A stretch of 64,000 bases of DNA, taken from Octopus sinensis. Its lineage: Eukaryota. Shown piece by piece: positions 1 to 12,766 of the stretch (positions are counted from its first letter, which is position 1; each line of letters opens with the position of its first letter). A program made the translations under genes and the position numbers. Below the pieces are notes generated by a model. The model did no database searches, had not been told where the DNA came from, and was given only the letters and a program-made list of their open reading frames with translations. The stretch is taken from assembly GCF_006345805.1 (NCBI RefSeq), contig NC_043008.1:7440001-7504000 (forward strand), read 5' to 3'.

Positions 1-583
1 TCGCTCTCTCTCACAACTACGCACGCACTCCCGCACTCTCCCACACACACATATATCTGCATTTATGTGCATGTGCACAACGATTACATTTTGTTCTCAC
101 GAACCTGCTCTTTCTTACATGTCCTATGAAATCAAAACTTATTTCTTTCCATGAACGTACCTGACAATTTCCTAACTTCTCTCGCAGTTCCTCAACTTTA
201 CCCATGCTGTTTTTTTTGTTACTTGAATATTTTTGAAATTCAGAACATTTCGCCAAGAGAGGGAAACATCTTTATATGTTTAATTCACTATTTTATTTAT
301 CCATTATTCAGTTTTGTCAGCTAACCACACCACTACTTCTGCATTTTCTATATCCCCGTTCATTTGTTTATGTTTGAAGGACGGTTGTCCCTTATTGTCG
401 GATTCCATCACTGAAGGGGATGTGACTGATTTCTAAACTTATTCTGAGATATATGCACGGAGCTATCTCTGGTAGTGCCCTAAAAAGAGTAATTTGGGGA
501 TCAATAATATTATACAACCTATTTTATAGTCAAATACAATTTAAATATACATACTATTAAGTACCTACTATTTTTATGATATT

Positions 584-991
584 TACTCTTTTACTCTTTT
601 ACTTGTTTCAGTCATTTGAATGTGGCCATGCTGGAGCACTGCCTTTAGTCGAGCAAATCGACCCCAGGACTTATTCTTTGTAAGCCTAGTACTTATTCCA
701 TCGGTCTCTTTTTCCCGAACCGCTAAGTTACGGGGACGCAAACACACCAGCATCGGTTGTCAAGCGATGTTGGGGGGACAAACCCAGACGCACAACCACA
801 CACACACACACATACACACACATATATAGATAGATATATACGACGGGCTTCTTTCAGTTTCCGTTTACCAAATCCACTCAGAAGGCTTTGGTCGACCCGA
901 GGCTATAGAAGAAACACTTGCCCAAGGTGCCACGCAGTGGGACTGAACCCGGAACCATGTGGTTGGTAAAGAAGCTACTTACTACACAGCC
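584..991 (-). mobile_element. tRNA-derived SINE, family A (~400 bp, internal TA/TG microsatellite)
   Basis: tRNA-like head (GGCTGTGTAGTAAG..GGTTCCGGGTTCAGTCCC on minus), body, CAGCATGGCC..TGACTGAAAC 3' end and (AAGAGTA)n tail. About 14 homologous copies lie in this window. Confidence 0.92.
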
Positions 992-1339
992 TATATTTAA
1001 ATAATATTTATATATTACACTAAAGCAAAAAAAAATGGAACTAATATATATATCCTGAATTACAACTAAGTATAAAAATCAACAACCACAGACCCCAATA
1101 CTCAATTTATAAAATGTAGATCCTAAAGTTTTAAAACTGAAATTATGACAATAATTAACGATCAAGGGACTAAGGTGAATACAAACAGTAAAACTACAGA
1201 TAGCATTCATTTGGTGGTCCTTGTACACGTACAACCGTAATAACGAAAAGGACGACGACAGCGTGTAATATTTAATGTAACTACGACGATAATTCATAAT
1301 TTATGAGTGTCGTTACGAAATGCAATCGAGTGTAAACGG

Positions 1340-3200
1340 AATTATTTTTCATGTGAGAGGAATTGAACTGTGAACGCATGATATTGTTCAGGACACTAAA
1401 AGGCTATCACTGAGTTATATTTGATTCAACAGAGCCGATTCATCAAAGGGATGAACCGTGGAAGAGATAGTTTAGTTTCGACAGTGTTGCTTGTAACAAT
1501 TCGGTTTAATTAATTGTGTTGTGGAAGACGTATCCTTTAGTGAGTTTTCAATGCTTTAGTGGACGCTCGTACGTTTGATAAGAAGACTTCCATTTTTTGT
1601 AAATGCATTGAATAATATTTACTTTTTTTTTTATTGTATTCGGCATCGCTTAGTGTAGATCATAATTTACATGAATAGGATATTATTCAAAATTAATCCA
1701 AACTCAACTAAAAGTAGCGAAATATTTTCACCATTGATTAGAAAGCAAGCTGTTTAAGACGCAGCTCCAATTAGATATTTAGTCTCCTATGACTGGATAG
1801 AGAAACCAAGCCTCCTTCTTTGGATAGTCTTAAATTTTTATAAAAGGGTTTGGAATCTAATCATATTATTCAATATTTAATTATAGAAAGTAAAAGTCAA
1901 TTTGTGTTTTAGTGGAATTAAATGATCAGCTAACACGCCAGCGCTTTAGCTGTTTTATGTCATCTTTTTCATAGTAGATTTTTTTATCCCAAGCCTATTA
2001 CTTCTGACGTTTCTTTAAATATTAATATTCTTTTCTGAAATTCAATTTGTTCGCTTGCAAATATGAATATATTTTGTTTTTAATTCTATTAAGGTTATTA
2101 AGACGGTGAAATGTTCTTGTTAAATATCCGTGGTTAGAAAACTAGAATTCTCAATGAAGGAATTCATGGAAGAGATTTAAATTTATTCCTTCAAAAATGC
2201 ATGAAGCTCATTTGATAGTTAATTCCACACTAAAGAGCGCTTTTCTCTTTTGTAGCCATCGGCGCGTAAAAACAAGTGTTTTTGCTGCGATTCTATGTCA
2301 ATACAATTTTATCAAATGAATCTTTAATGTTCGGCTTTTATTAAATTCGAACATTTCAACTTGATTCAAAGCTTAAATTTTGCAAATAAGGCTCTCTTTT
2401 GTAGAAAGCATTGAGTGTAATAACATTCTGTTTCATACAGATTAACGTCGAGGAAGTTCTATCGAAGAAATACCAACACGTCTCTGATATTTTTCAAGGT
2501 GGTTACTGCAAATGTGCAAAATGTTTTCACGCTTTACAGTGACTGGCATTTCTTTGCAACCAAAGAATTCATGATTTCTCTTTCTTTCTTTTCTCCCTTT
2601 CTTCCTTTCTTTCATTCTTTCTTTTTATCTTGCTTTCTTTCTTTCTATCTTTCTTCCTTTCCTTCCACCTTCCTTTCTTTCTTACTCTTGTTCCTTCTTT
2701 CCTTCCTTCTTTCTTCCTGTCTTTCCCTCGTTCTTTCTTTCTTTCTTTCTTTTTCTGTTTCTCTTTCTTTCTTTCTTTCTTTCTTTCTTTTCTGCTTGAT
2801 CTTTATCAATAAAGCGAATGAAAGCCAATATCTGCGGTTTTTTGATGGCAATATCTGTTGATTCAACAAGTTTCAATGTTTAAGCATACGACGGCACACA
2901 TTTTCTCCAATACCAGTCGATAATGCCAGAGGACTGCTACGGTCTGTATCACGAGAGTTAAATTGCATTTATTTGTTGTTTTTTCTGCTTTCATTGTCTC
3001 AGAAACCATTCTACTGAGTACTAACATAATTGGTTCTGTAAAACAAAAAAAAAAAACAACTTAGAAATTTTAGGAACTATTATATTTTAAAATAATTTTT
3101 TGTTTTCTTTAAGGTTCTGAAAATTTTCTACACAGGGTAAATATTTTGTCTGCTGAAAAACAAGCCATCGTTTGAGAACGCATTTAGATATTTTTAAGAA
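1340..3200 (-). mobile_element. Decayed hAT (Buster/Charlie-type) transposase
   Basis: Colinear motifs across stops and frameshifts: LVESTDIAIKKPQILAFIRFID (~LDESTD..QLLAFVRY), EFFGCKEMP (~FLFCKELP), TQCFLQKRALFAK (~THCFLHREALAAK), KTLVFTRRWL (~LLFHTEVRWL), YD*IPNPF (~YDWIRNPF). Confidence 0.8.
2575..2792. repeat. (TTTC)n / polypyrimidine microsatellite inside the hAT relic
   Basis: Directly visible. It produces the K/E/R-rich and F/L/S-rich ORFs in the track. Confidence 0.95.
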
Positions 3201-3519
3201 GAATAGGTGCAGTAGTCAGTTACAGCAAGTCGAGTAATATCAAGACGATTAACTGACACTAACAGCTTATCTTACAGTTACCCACCACTGCATCATTTAT
3301 TAGTAGCACCAGCAGTCGTTTGTACTGCACCCTCTTCTCTCTCAGTCACTCACCGAATAATAGATAAACAGTTCGGACGCAAGTTGCACAGTTTTCACCC
3401 AAATTCCACCTCCGTCTGGAGCAGTGTCTGATTTAGTTTCTACACACTTCAGGCCTCACGGCCTTAATTTTCCACTCATCTTCCTTTCCGCCCCTCGCTA
3501 CACATTTATATACAGTGTG

Positions 3520-3526
<7 letters not shown>

Positions 3527-3583
<57 letters not shown>
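3527..3583. repeat. (GT)n microsatellite
   Basis: Directly visible. Confidence 0.95.
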
Positions 3584-3585
<2 letters not shown>

Positions 3586-3869
3586 ACGTATGTAAGCATG
3601 TATGTACATAAATTTTGTTTCTTTATATACACGTTAGAAAGTCTCAGCTAGAGGCGTCCGGTAGAATGAATATTAAAAAGAAAATGAAAATTAGCATGGA
3701 TCTGATGAAGACAAGCATCATTCAAAGCTGAATCAAATTTTATGACAAAAGGAAAAGATATATATATATATGTATGTATGTATATGTAATTGTTCACTCA
3801 TGTTCTCCAGTTTGTTCTTTTTTACCCTACACATTCGCTAGCTTTCTTACAAAAAATCTAAAGCTGTTA

Positions 3870-4075
3870 GCTTAGATTTTTCTAAGGGCAACTAGATCGA
3901 ACTGTCTCAAGTGTAACTGCCCGAAACGGTAAGGACATCTGGTATCATGACTGAAGAAAGAAGGCTACGGGTGACTCGTCCTTTTTTTCCCTGTCCATTT
4001 AATTGCGTTTTTCGTGTCCACCATTGTATCTTCTATCTGACCGTATGTCTTATTGTTCTCTATTGTGTCTTTGTC

Positions 4076-4078
<3 letters not shown>
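3870..4078 (+). mobile_element. Probable Penelope-type pseudo-LTR fragment with a decayed hammerhead-like fold
   Basis: GGGCA..TGCCC stem followed by GAAACGGTA, then a pyrimidine-rich tail ending at a (TA)n tract. The CUGANGA core is not recognisable. Confidence 0.35.
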
Positions 4079-4165
<87 letters not shown>

Positions 4166-5379
4166 ATATATATATATATATTTATGCATGTATATGAACT
4201 TGTGTATGCATATATGTACATATGTATCTGCATATGCAAATATGTTTGTACTTGCAAACACACATACGTATGCACACACACACACGCCCGCGTAAACATG
4301 GATAGCCGCAGTTCAGTGCAACGTACGTTTTGGAAAATAGATACATCTTTTAAATGTATATTCAATTACATCATAAGATAGGGATAAGGTGTCTCCTCTT
4401 CAGATACATCACTGATTATTATCCAATAAATTTGCAATTTGTATCGAATGGTATGAGAAGGAAACATGACATTGAGTCAGGAGAGGAAAAGATTTTTCGA
4501 ACACCCAATCTCATGTCTAGGAAATTCGAGTTTCCTAGATAACACACAAAATGCATTCTGGTTTGTTTAGTATTTCCTATATATAATCTAACTATATGCA
4601 ACTATATGTATCTTGGTATTTAGACTACATAAATGACCTATTGAAAACTATGCTATGTTCTTTTAGGATTTATCCTACCAACTGCATGGCCATGACTTAT
4701 TCATATCATTATCTTTATTTCTGTTTATTCCCCCCCCCCAATTTTATGTTCTAATAATGAGAAATATGGGTATTTATCTGCCATCAAAGAAAGGTCTTTT
4801 TTCCTCCATTTTAAAATTATAAAATATTATCTTGCTTCAGTGTTGCTCTGTCTTTCCTCTCTCCCATTCTCTGCTCCCTCATCTCTCTCTCTCTCTCTAC
4901 CTCTTTTTTTTTCCTCTCTCCCTTTCACTCTCACCTTCCTTCCCTTTAAATCTCTTGGGTGTATTTATATATTTTTCCATTTCTAATCCAATTTTAATTT
5001 ATATATATATTTATTTATTTAATGTATTTTACCTTTTACATTAGTGTTTCTTTCTTTCAACCTTTCTTTCTTTCCATAAATTATTGTGTTCCCCCTCTCT
5101 CTCTCTTTCTCTGACTCATTTTCTTCCTATCATCTCTAACTTACCTCTTTTTATTTCTCTACGCTATAGGTCTTCTTGCTACTTCCATAGCAATGTCTCA
5201 CTATCTCCTCAGGTTCAGATATCTGATCTCTTCAAAATAACACAATAAAGCGCTCCCCTGATGATCCGTTGTGTGTTAGCACTCAAATGCTATTGGCAAA
5301 TCCAATACTCTAGGACCAAAGAACAACGCTAAAACCTACATAGAGAACCGCCGATATAAATTTTTGCATGTCATCATTT

Positions 5380-5395
5380 CACATATATCCGTATC

Positions 5396-5430
<35 letters not shown>

Positions 5431-5433
5431 CTG

Positions 5434-5510
<77 letters not shown>

Positions 5511-5557
5511 ATCTATCTATCTATCTATCTACCTACCTATCTATCTATCTATCTATC

Positions 5558-5606
<49 letters not shown>

Positions 5607-5607
5607 A

Positions 5608-5642
<35 letters not shown>

Positions 5643-5936
5643 TTTTTTTTTTCCTCTCCCCCCCCTTTTTTTTTTTTTTTTTTACCCCCCTTACTTTTGT
5701 CCTCTTTCTCTCCTTTTACGATCCTTTTGATCGAACCTCCCCCTTCCTTTTTTTTTTTTTTTTTTTTTTAATACCTTCAAAAGAAAAGCTCTACCTTGTA
5801 ATTTGTTCTATCTGTGTGCAGCCCTGTGTGGCTAATAAAGAAACATATCTATATATCTATCTATCTATATATATATATATATAATATATATACATATATA
5901 TATATATACATATATATATATATGTATATATTTGTG

Positions 5937-5986
<50 letters not shown>

Positions 5987-6091
5987 CATATATATAATAT
6001 ATACATATATATATATATACATATATATATATGTGTGTGTGTGTATGTGTATATACATATATATGTATATATGTATATACATATATATATA

Positions 6092-6125
<34 letters not shown>
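5380..6125. repeat. Compound microsatellites (TA)n, (TCTA)n, poly-T/poly-C, (TA/TG)n
   Basis: Directly visible. Confidence 0.95.
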
Positions 6126-6130
<5 letters not shown>

Positions 6131-7167
6131 CAAGAAATATTGAATGACAAAAAAATAGGATTTATGTAATTCTGCGTCATCAGCTTAGGGCTGTTCTCGC
6201 TATAAGAAGCAATGCACTGAAACCCGAGTGCTTCCGCATCATTTTACAGCGTCCTTGGAGCGTTAAAAATGTAGAATATATTTAAACCGGAAAACATTAA
6301 GATGGACATATTTCGTTTTAAAATATTGCGACGAAGCTATAAGAAGATAGAGAAACAGGCAAATAGGATTGCAGCGATTGTGATGGCAAAACAGGTGTAT
6401 GCTAATGAAGTTGTCTGCATAATTCTTGTCTCTTTCTTATTCAGCATTTCATATATGCATAGATGTATATCTTATTCGCACAAACGCATACATACACATA
6501 CACACGTATAGACTTTCACACACACACATACTGTCATATATATTATTACTGGACGTTGTGTTAGGATACAAAAATACTGCGATATTTACTCAGAGAGAAA
6601 GTTCTCATATATTTACTTGGTGCATAAATGCACATTATATATATCGCCAGCGGGAGACAATTACCGCTTCTTCCGCTGCTTGGAGTATTAGATCATGTGA
6701 TTTTGGCTTAATTTTGCATTGTCAATGACAGGTCTTCCTACCGTCTAGTATTACTAATATCAAATCTTATTTTGTTTTGAAGCATCGACTATTTCACTTA
6801 GCTTAATAATCTACCTATAAATTAAATACCTATTAGAATCCCCCAACCTTTTGGTTCCCTTATAAACCCTTTTTTGCCGCTATTTTTTCCTTCTCCCTAC
6901 CTATATAAGGGTGGGTTTTTTTCTGTATCCATATCCATACGCCTGCATATATCTTTTTACATAGATATTTTATATATGTGCATGCGGGTGTTTATGTTTA
7001 TGTTAATGTATACGCATGCATCTAGGTGTGCATTTATATATATATTCATATATATATATATGTATATTATATATGACAATATATATATATGGTTATATAT
7101 GTATATATGTATATATTTATATGTTTTTGTGTGCATGTATGTATGTGTGTGTATGCATATATATATA

Positions 7168-7563
7168 TACTCTTTTTACTCTTTTACTTGTCTCAGTAAT
7201 TTGACTGAGGCCATGATGGAGCACCGCCTTTAGTCGATCAAATCGACCCCGGGACTTATTCTTTGTAAGCCCAGTACTTATTCTATCGGTCTCTTTTGCC
7301 GAACCGTTAAGTGACGAGGACGTAAACACACCAGCATCGGTTGTCAAGCAATACTAGGGGGACAAACACAGACACACAAACACACACACACATATATATA
7401 TATACATATATACGACAGGCTTCTTTCAGTTTCCGTCTACCAAATCCACTCACAAGGCATTGGTCGGCCCGGGACTATAGCAGAAGACACTTGCCCAAGA
7501 TGCCACGCAGTGAGACTGAACCCGGAACCATGTGGCTGGTTAGCAAGCTACTTACCTGCGCCT
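7168..7563 (-). mobile_element. SINE family A
   Basis: Near full-length homolog of 584-991 with a short deletion in the head. Confidence 0.92.
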
Positions 7564-7566
7564 ATA

Positions 7567-7607
<41 letters not shown>

Positions 7608-7685
7608 GAAAATATATATATATGTTTATATTTGTATATATGTATATATTTATATGTTTGTGTGTGCATGTATGTATGTGTGTGT

Positions 7686-7736
<51 letters not shown>

Positions 7737-8118
7737 ATGTAACTTTTCCACTTCTATGAAACCGATAATCCTTTGTCTGAGCTCAATATACATTTACAAC
7801 TTTTACAGAAACAGTTGTAAGCAAGTGAAGTCGATTATGTAATTCTTGTTTCACTTTCAGTTATTTACTCTCGTGTTTGCATACTTATCTATGTAGATGT
7901 ATGTATATTGAAATAATAATTGAAAACAATTACCTCACTAGTGAGAAGATCTCTATATACACAACCGTTTATTGAAACATATATTATATTAATTCACTTA
8001 AAACTTCTTCCTCAAACACTGTCTCTGAAGTATTAAACCGAATATTCGTCTTCAATAATAAAACTGTACATTCTCCATAATTGAAAACTCTCTGAAAGTA
8101 TATATTTCTAAATTCTGT

Positions 8119-8410
8119 TCATTGTCTAGCCGCTATAGGAGACATCTTCAGTGTCTTTATACTTCTGTTAACGTTTTGCAAAAGGCATGAAAATCGTATA
8201 ATCTCATTATATCTGGCCGATATATATCTCAAGCCTTGCGGTTCTATGTGGAATGAGAGATAATCTGCCGTTAGGCTGTAATCCGTGACACTTTTAATTG
8301 CCAAATGTAGAAATATCACATCAATTCTGTCAATAATTCCATTGTGAGACACATGACGACCAGTAATTGTATTTGCCCTTGCTAATAATAATTCCCTCCG
8401 CTGTCTGCGC
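8119..8410 (-). pseudogene. Candidate F5/8C (discoidin)-like C-terminal relic
   Basis: GIIISKG (~GIITQG), FGN, then SVTDYSLTADYLSFHIEPQGLRYISARYNEIIRFSC (~PI.ARY.R..P....I.LR.E..GC). Frameshifts are required. Confidence 0.3.
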
Positions 8411-9392
8411 AAGAAATCGATATTGGTTGATAGCGAATGAGATGAGTCACAGAGTAAAAAAAAAACCAAAACCACACATACGCACGTTTGTATATACGCA
8501 CACACACCTTTATACATGGAATCACGCAATTTTATACACACACACACACTTAACGGTCTCTCTAAGTAACCCATTAATGGCATCTAAATAATACAAAGCT
8601 ATAATAAAAGAATTCTAAAAATAAATAAATAAATGAAAAGTCGAAGCATTGTATGAACGAAATGTATGAAAATACTTGTCGTTCGCAGAATGGGTTCTGA
8701 ATGAAATGTCATAATTTTGCTTGTGAGAGGAATCGAATAGACCTCTTTGGTTTGAGTTTGATATAACAATGGCATAACGAAGGATAAAAAATCAAAATTC
8801 AAATCCGTTGCTTCGCGTGTTGTTGGTATTGTCAGCAAAGTCCTGAACGATCAGTTAAGCCTTATTCAGCATAATAACCCCAGGACTACTCTTCTCTGTT
8901 GTATTCTTTCTTTTGTTTTCGGTTAGTAGAGTGTAATTTGAGAAAGAAAGCCTGATGTTTCTGCAACTGAAGAAAATACGTACAGATTCTCAAGTTTCTT
9001 CATTTTGAAGAGTTCAAACACACCATAGAAATAAATTACACAACGTTTGTTTTTCTAAAATTATGTCTTCTTTTATTATAAAGCTGGACTTTTCATTGTA
9101 TACTCATGTAGTCTTCTAACGCTGTTGGTCCGCTTTCACGTAAACCGTCCTACATATCATTGATGTATTTGTCAATCTTGACGAATCAGGATTAAATATC
9201 TGTGAATATCAATGTGGCCATTAACCCACAGTGTGTCATTGCTTTTGAAACACAAGAGACTGGCACACATATCTGTCTCAATGTAACATCTTTAGATAAT
9301 TTTACTATATTCAATAAGTTTGTATTTGCGCCTGAAACTTCATTAAATAGAGAGATGCTATTTTCGTATATGTCATTGACAAAGCAACAAAC

Positions 9393-9560
9393 TTGAAAAG
9401 AAGCTGGCGTAGTCACTAAGGGTACACCGTAGTGTTCGTTCTGCGATAGTAGTTGCAGGAGCTGCAGCAACAGCAGTAGTTGTTGCTTTAGTAGTATCAC
9501 CAGCACTAGTACTTGAGGTACTAGTGGCAACTGCAGTAGATGTTGAAATTGTTGTTACTG
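9393..9560 (-). CDS. Candidate phase-1/phase-1 exon encoding a mucin-like Thr/Ser/Ala-rich linker
   Basis: tacgtttag|CA GTA ACA.. open for 55 codons, VTTISTSTAVATSTSSTSAGDTTKATTTAVAAAPATTIAERTLRCTLSDYASFFS, then A|gtttgt. Codons are varied (ACT/ACA/ACC, GCT/GCA), so it is not a microsatellite. Confidence 0.5.
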
Positions 9561-9596
9561 CTAAACGTATTTGCTAATCAGCCACATCAACCATTA

Positions 9597-9739
9597 TTGA
9601 GCAGAGAATTCGATAATGAAATCGTGTAAATCTAGGATCGCGACATTCAATCTGTCCTTCCTACTTTAAGAATTATTACTGCAGGGGATTTGGGAACTAT
9701 TTCTAGCAATTAGTGACCTGGTCACTATTGTTCGATGCG
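9597..9739 (+). repeat. Left arm of an inverted repeat (partner 11257-11355)
   Basis: 59/62 identity, then 30/35 identity after a 46-nt insertion, to the reverse complement of 11257-11355. Confidence 0.9.
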
Positions 9740-9761
9740 GGCGTTCCGTGGTGCTAGCAAT

Positions 9762-9922
9762 AGTGGTGATGATGAAGATGATGAGGACGATGATGACGGT
9801 GATGATAGTGATGATGATGACGATGATGATGATGATGATGAGGATGATGATGACGCTGATGATGATGATGATGATGACGATGATGATGATGATGATGATG
9901 ATGATGACGATGACGACGATGA
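9762..9922. repeat. (GAT/GAC)n trinucleotide microsatellite
   Basis: Directly visible. It gives the poly-D, poly-M and poly-H ORFs. Confidence 0.95.
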
Positions 9923-10399
9923 ATCAGCAACAACTTTAAATGAAAGATTTTAATTAGACATTTAGTAACGAACGAAGGCAGTACCCATGCCCTTTTTTGC
10001 AATTTGAGAGCGTCGAACGAAAAGACATTTAAAACGGTATCTGGACGAAGATTTACAATGGAATATATTCGCTTAAAGTCACCCAAGTACCGGAAGCTTA
10101 TGAAAGATTTAGTCGATCAGCCACGTTGGCTCTGGTGGGTCTCAACCATAGATTAAATACCACCAGGTATTTTCTCCGATGTTCTTACAGTTCTGCCAAT
10201 CCAACGTCCTATATTGCTATTTTGTATTGATTGCCAGGAGTAACGACGAAGTTAAACTGGGCTGCATTTAAACTCTGAGTATACAGCGTCGGAACTCATA
10301 CCACAAACCGTTTTCATCTACATTCTAATGACATTGACAATTCACCACTTACGAGAGAGAGTTTGCATATCAAGTTTTGTTGCTTATTTCATTCAATAG

Positions 10400-10680
10400 T
10401 GGTAACTGCAGCTAACGATAAAATGTGTCACAGCAGAAGCGAATTAGCTGCCGTGTTTTACTCCCCATTGAATATTCTATTTAAATTTGTTTCGCGAAGG
10501 AAAATAGTGAAAGACATCTCCTCTAAAATATCGTTTATCGAGAATTTCAAAGAAAATGTTACTCTCCATGTGAATTCACATACCCAGAATTCCGCGTCAA
10601 AATTGCAGTAATTTTGATTTATCAGTTGTCTTAATATTTATAAAGCGAGAGAATCGTTTCTATCTGAGTGGCGATATTAT
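10400..10680 (-). pseudogene. Candidate F5/8C-like central relic
   Basis: FINIKTTDKS/KITAILTRNSGYVNS (~WIQIDL..TKITAIATQG..YV.SY), then after a frameshift TFSLKFSIND..FLRETNLNRIFNGE*NT (~YSL.YS.DG..W..Y.E...KIF.GN.D.NT). Confidence 0.35.
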
Positions 10681-11256
10681 CGTTTGCTCTTTAAAGAAGC
10701 GCCTAATGGCAGTGTTGTAAGCGTATATCTGGAAAAACGCTGATATAGCTTAAATATATTTGAATTTTACATTCAAAATGTTATTGGGTAAAACATAGAC
10801 TCGCCCTTTTCATTCTCCCTTCCACAAACATATTTCAAGCTGATCATTTAATGGATATAATTTTTTGGTCGAAGTGGATGAAAACTAAAAACGAAGGAAC
10901 AAAAACTTCTTTCCTACAATATGTGTGAGAAATTTTGTAACCAATTAGCTTTGATGACCACAACTTCGTGTCTTGTTACTTTTGCACGACTATGTTTCAT
11001 GAAGGGGTTATCTATTTCATGTACCTTTTCGGTTAAAAGTGACTAGGATTGAGGCTCAGTTACGGTAATGCCATTTTAATTTATCATCGCCTTTTATACC
11101 ATAGCAATGGGGGATAATTTACAAGATTTTTCTGGGGAAATCCAAAGCAGTTTATCAGATTTTCTTAATGATATTTCTCTTTAAATTAAGTTTGCAGAAA
11201 TTGGGGCGAAGACTGGAGATCTCCATTTATAACGACAACAAAAATAATTATTTCTA

Positions 11257-11355
11257 CGCATTGAACAATTGTGACAAGGCCACTATTTGCTTGAGGACAG
11301 ATTGAATGCCGCGATCCTAGATTTACACGATTTCATTATCATATTCTCTGCTCAA
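11257..11355 (-). repeat. Right arm of the inverted repeat (partner 9597-9739)
   Basis: See the left arm. Confidence 0.9.
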
Positions 11356-11999
11356 CTATAGTAGTTATTAGGCCTTAAATGTTCACTAGTTCACGTCGGT
11401 GTGCTTCGTGATGGTGCAACAAGACACTGTATGTCACTCCATTTCCGTCACTATCTCGCTTACTATATTATATAACATTCAGTGACTATTTCTGTTAGTA
11501 TTCTTATACATATTGTCTTTGCTCATTCTAGTCTAGAAACTTTGTTATTAGAACCCGATAGATGTGTGATTTAAGCTATTGAATGATTATCGCTTTCAAG
11601 CATAAAAAAAAAGCAAGCAGCATAATCCTAGCCGCTCTTTTCGAGAAGATTTACTCACTCAATATTTGCAAAAGACATTTCTATTTATTTTTCTTTATAC
11701 TTTTCTTAGAATTTCCGCCTGGCTGTCTACAACTTGACATATGGACAATATTTCTAAGTTGAACATAATATCATTCCTAATCTTCAATTCGAAGAATAGA
11801 GTAAAACACGTTATGAAAGTATAACAAAGAATCTGTACAGAATCAATGAAGTGTATTTTACAATAAGAAACATCAAAAGCCATCAAAAATAAATTATCAC
11901 TTACAAGAGCTATAATGATATCTTTTTTTATACATTCTTCACTGTGCTGCATCGTATGATATTCTATCTAAAATATCTTTTAGTCATTATTATAGACAA

Positions 12000-12290
12000 C
12001 ACTTCAAACAGATTAACGTGGCGTTATTCCTTTTATAGTTCTTGTATTTCCTATCTTTTACTACGTCTATTTACAAACTTTTGTATACTTAGAACAGAAC
12101 TGCTTGTAGGAAAATAAGTAAAGTATTGAACTTGCAAATACAGACCCAGGACATGTATTCTGATAATGGCAGAGTACTACATCATTTGGTTGAGTTCGTC
12201 CAGCAGAATGTAGACACAATGAGTAGATACAGTAAAAACACAACCATAATGAATGCATCAAACTCATCGGTAGAACGAATATAAACTTAT
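12000..12290 (+). mobile_element. Gypsy/Ginger-type integrase core relic
   Basis: MYSDNGRVLHHLVEFVQQNVDTMSRYSKNTTIMNASNSSVERI resembles I.SDNG..F....EF.QQN......Y.P.SNG.VER. Confidence 0.45.
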
Positions 12291-12676
12291 TAAACTAGTT
12301 ATATGTAGCATATATTTTATGGAGAAAACGGAAATATTTACCGTCCATACTCGAGGCATTTGTGTTTAACATAGACAGTGTTGTAAAATACTATCAAAAC
12401 GAAATTAAAAAGTAAGAATAACATTTTGATTCGAAATACAAAATGTACAGCACGCAGAAAAAAATTAATTATATGTGCTTGAGGAGTCGAAACGATCGTA
12501 GTGCAAACTAAACAGTTATACCAATTCCATCTGCTGTATACTTAATCGATTATTATCCCAACTAACCCTATGGAATTCCCGAAGTAGAACCAATGGAAAT
12601 ATACCCCAACCGTGGATGATACTAGGCAGCCCAAACTGTGCCACTGCTTTACTTAAATACTCATTAGTCCAAAATA

Positions 12677-12721
<45 letters not shown>

Positions 12722-12735
12722 ACACACACACACAT

Positions 12736-12766
<31 letters not shown>

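Noticed and set aside
158-256. Minus-strand MGKVEELREKLGNCQ followed by a GTACGT donor
   Set aside because: There is no convincing acceptor or recognisable homology, and downstream exons would fall outside the window.
1810-1860. KEGGL motif suggesting an L1/Tx1 LINE
   Set aside because: It lies in register within the hAT transposase C-terminal region, and the flanks match hAT, not RT.
5641-5770. Poly-T/poly-C block
   Set aside because: Most likely low-quality consensus or simple homopolymer expansion, with no interpretable signal.
9735-10086. Poly-Asp, poly-Met and poly-His ORFs
   Set aside because: All three are frames of one (GAT)n microsatellite with no coding context on either side.
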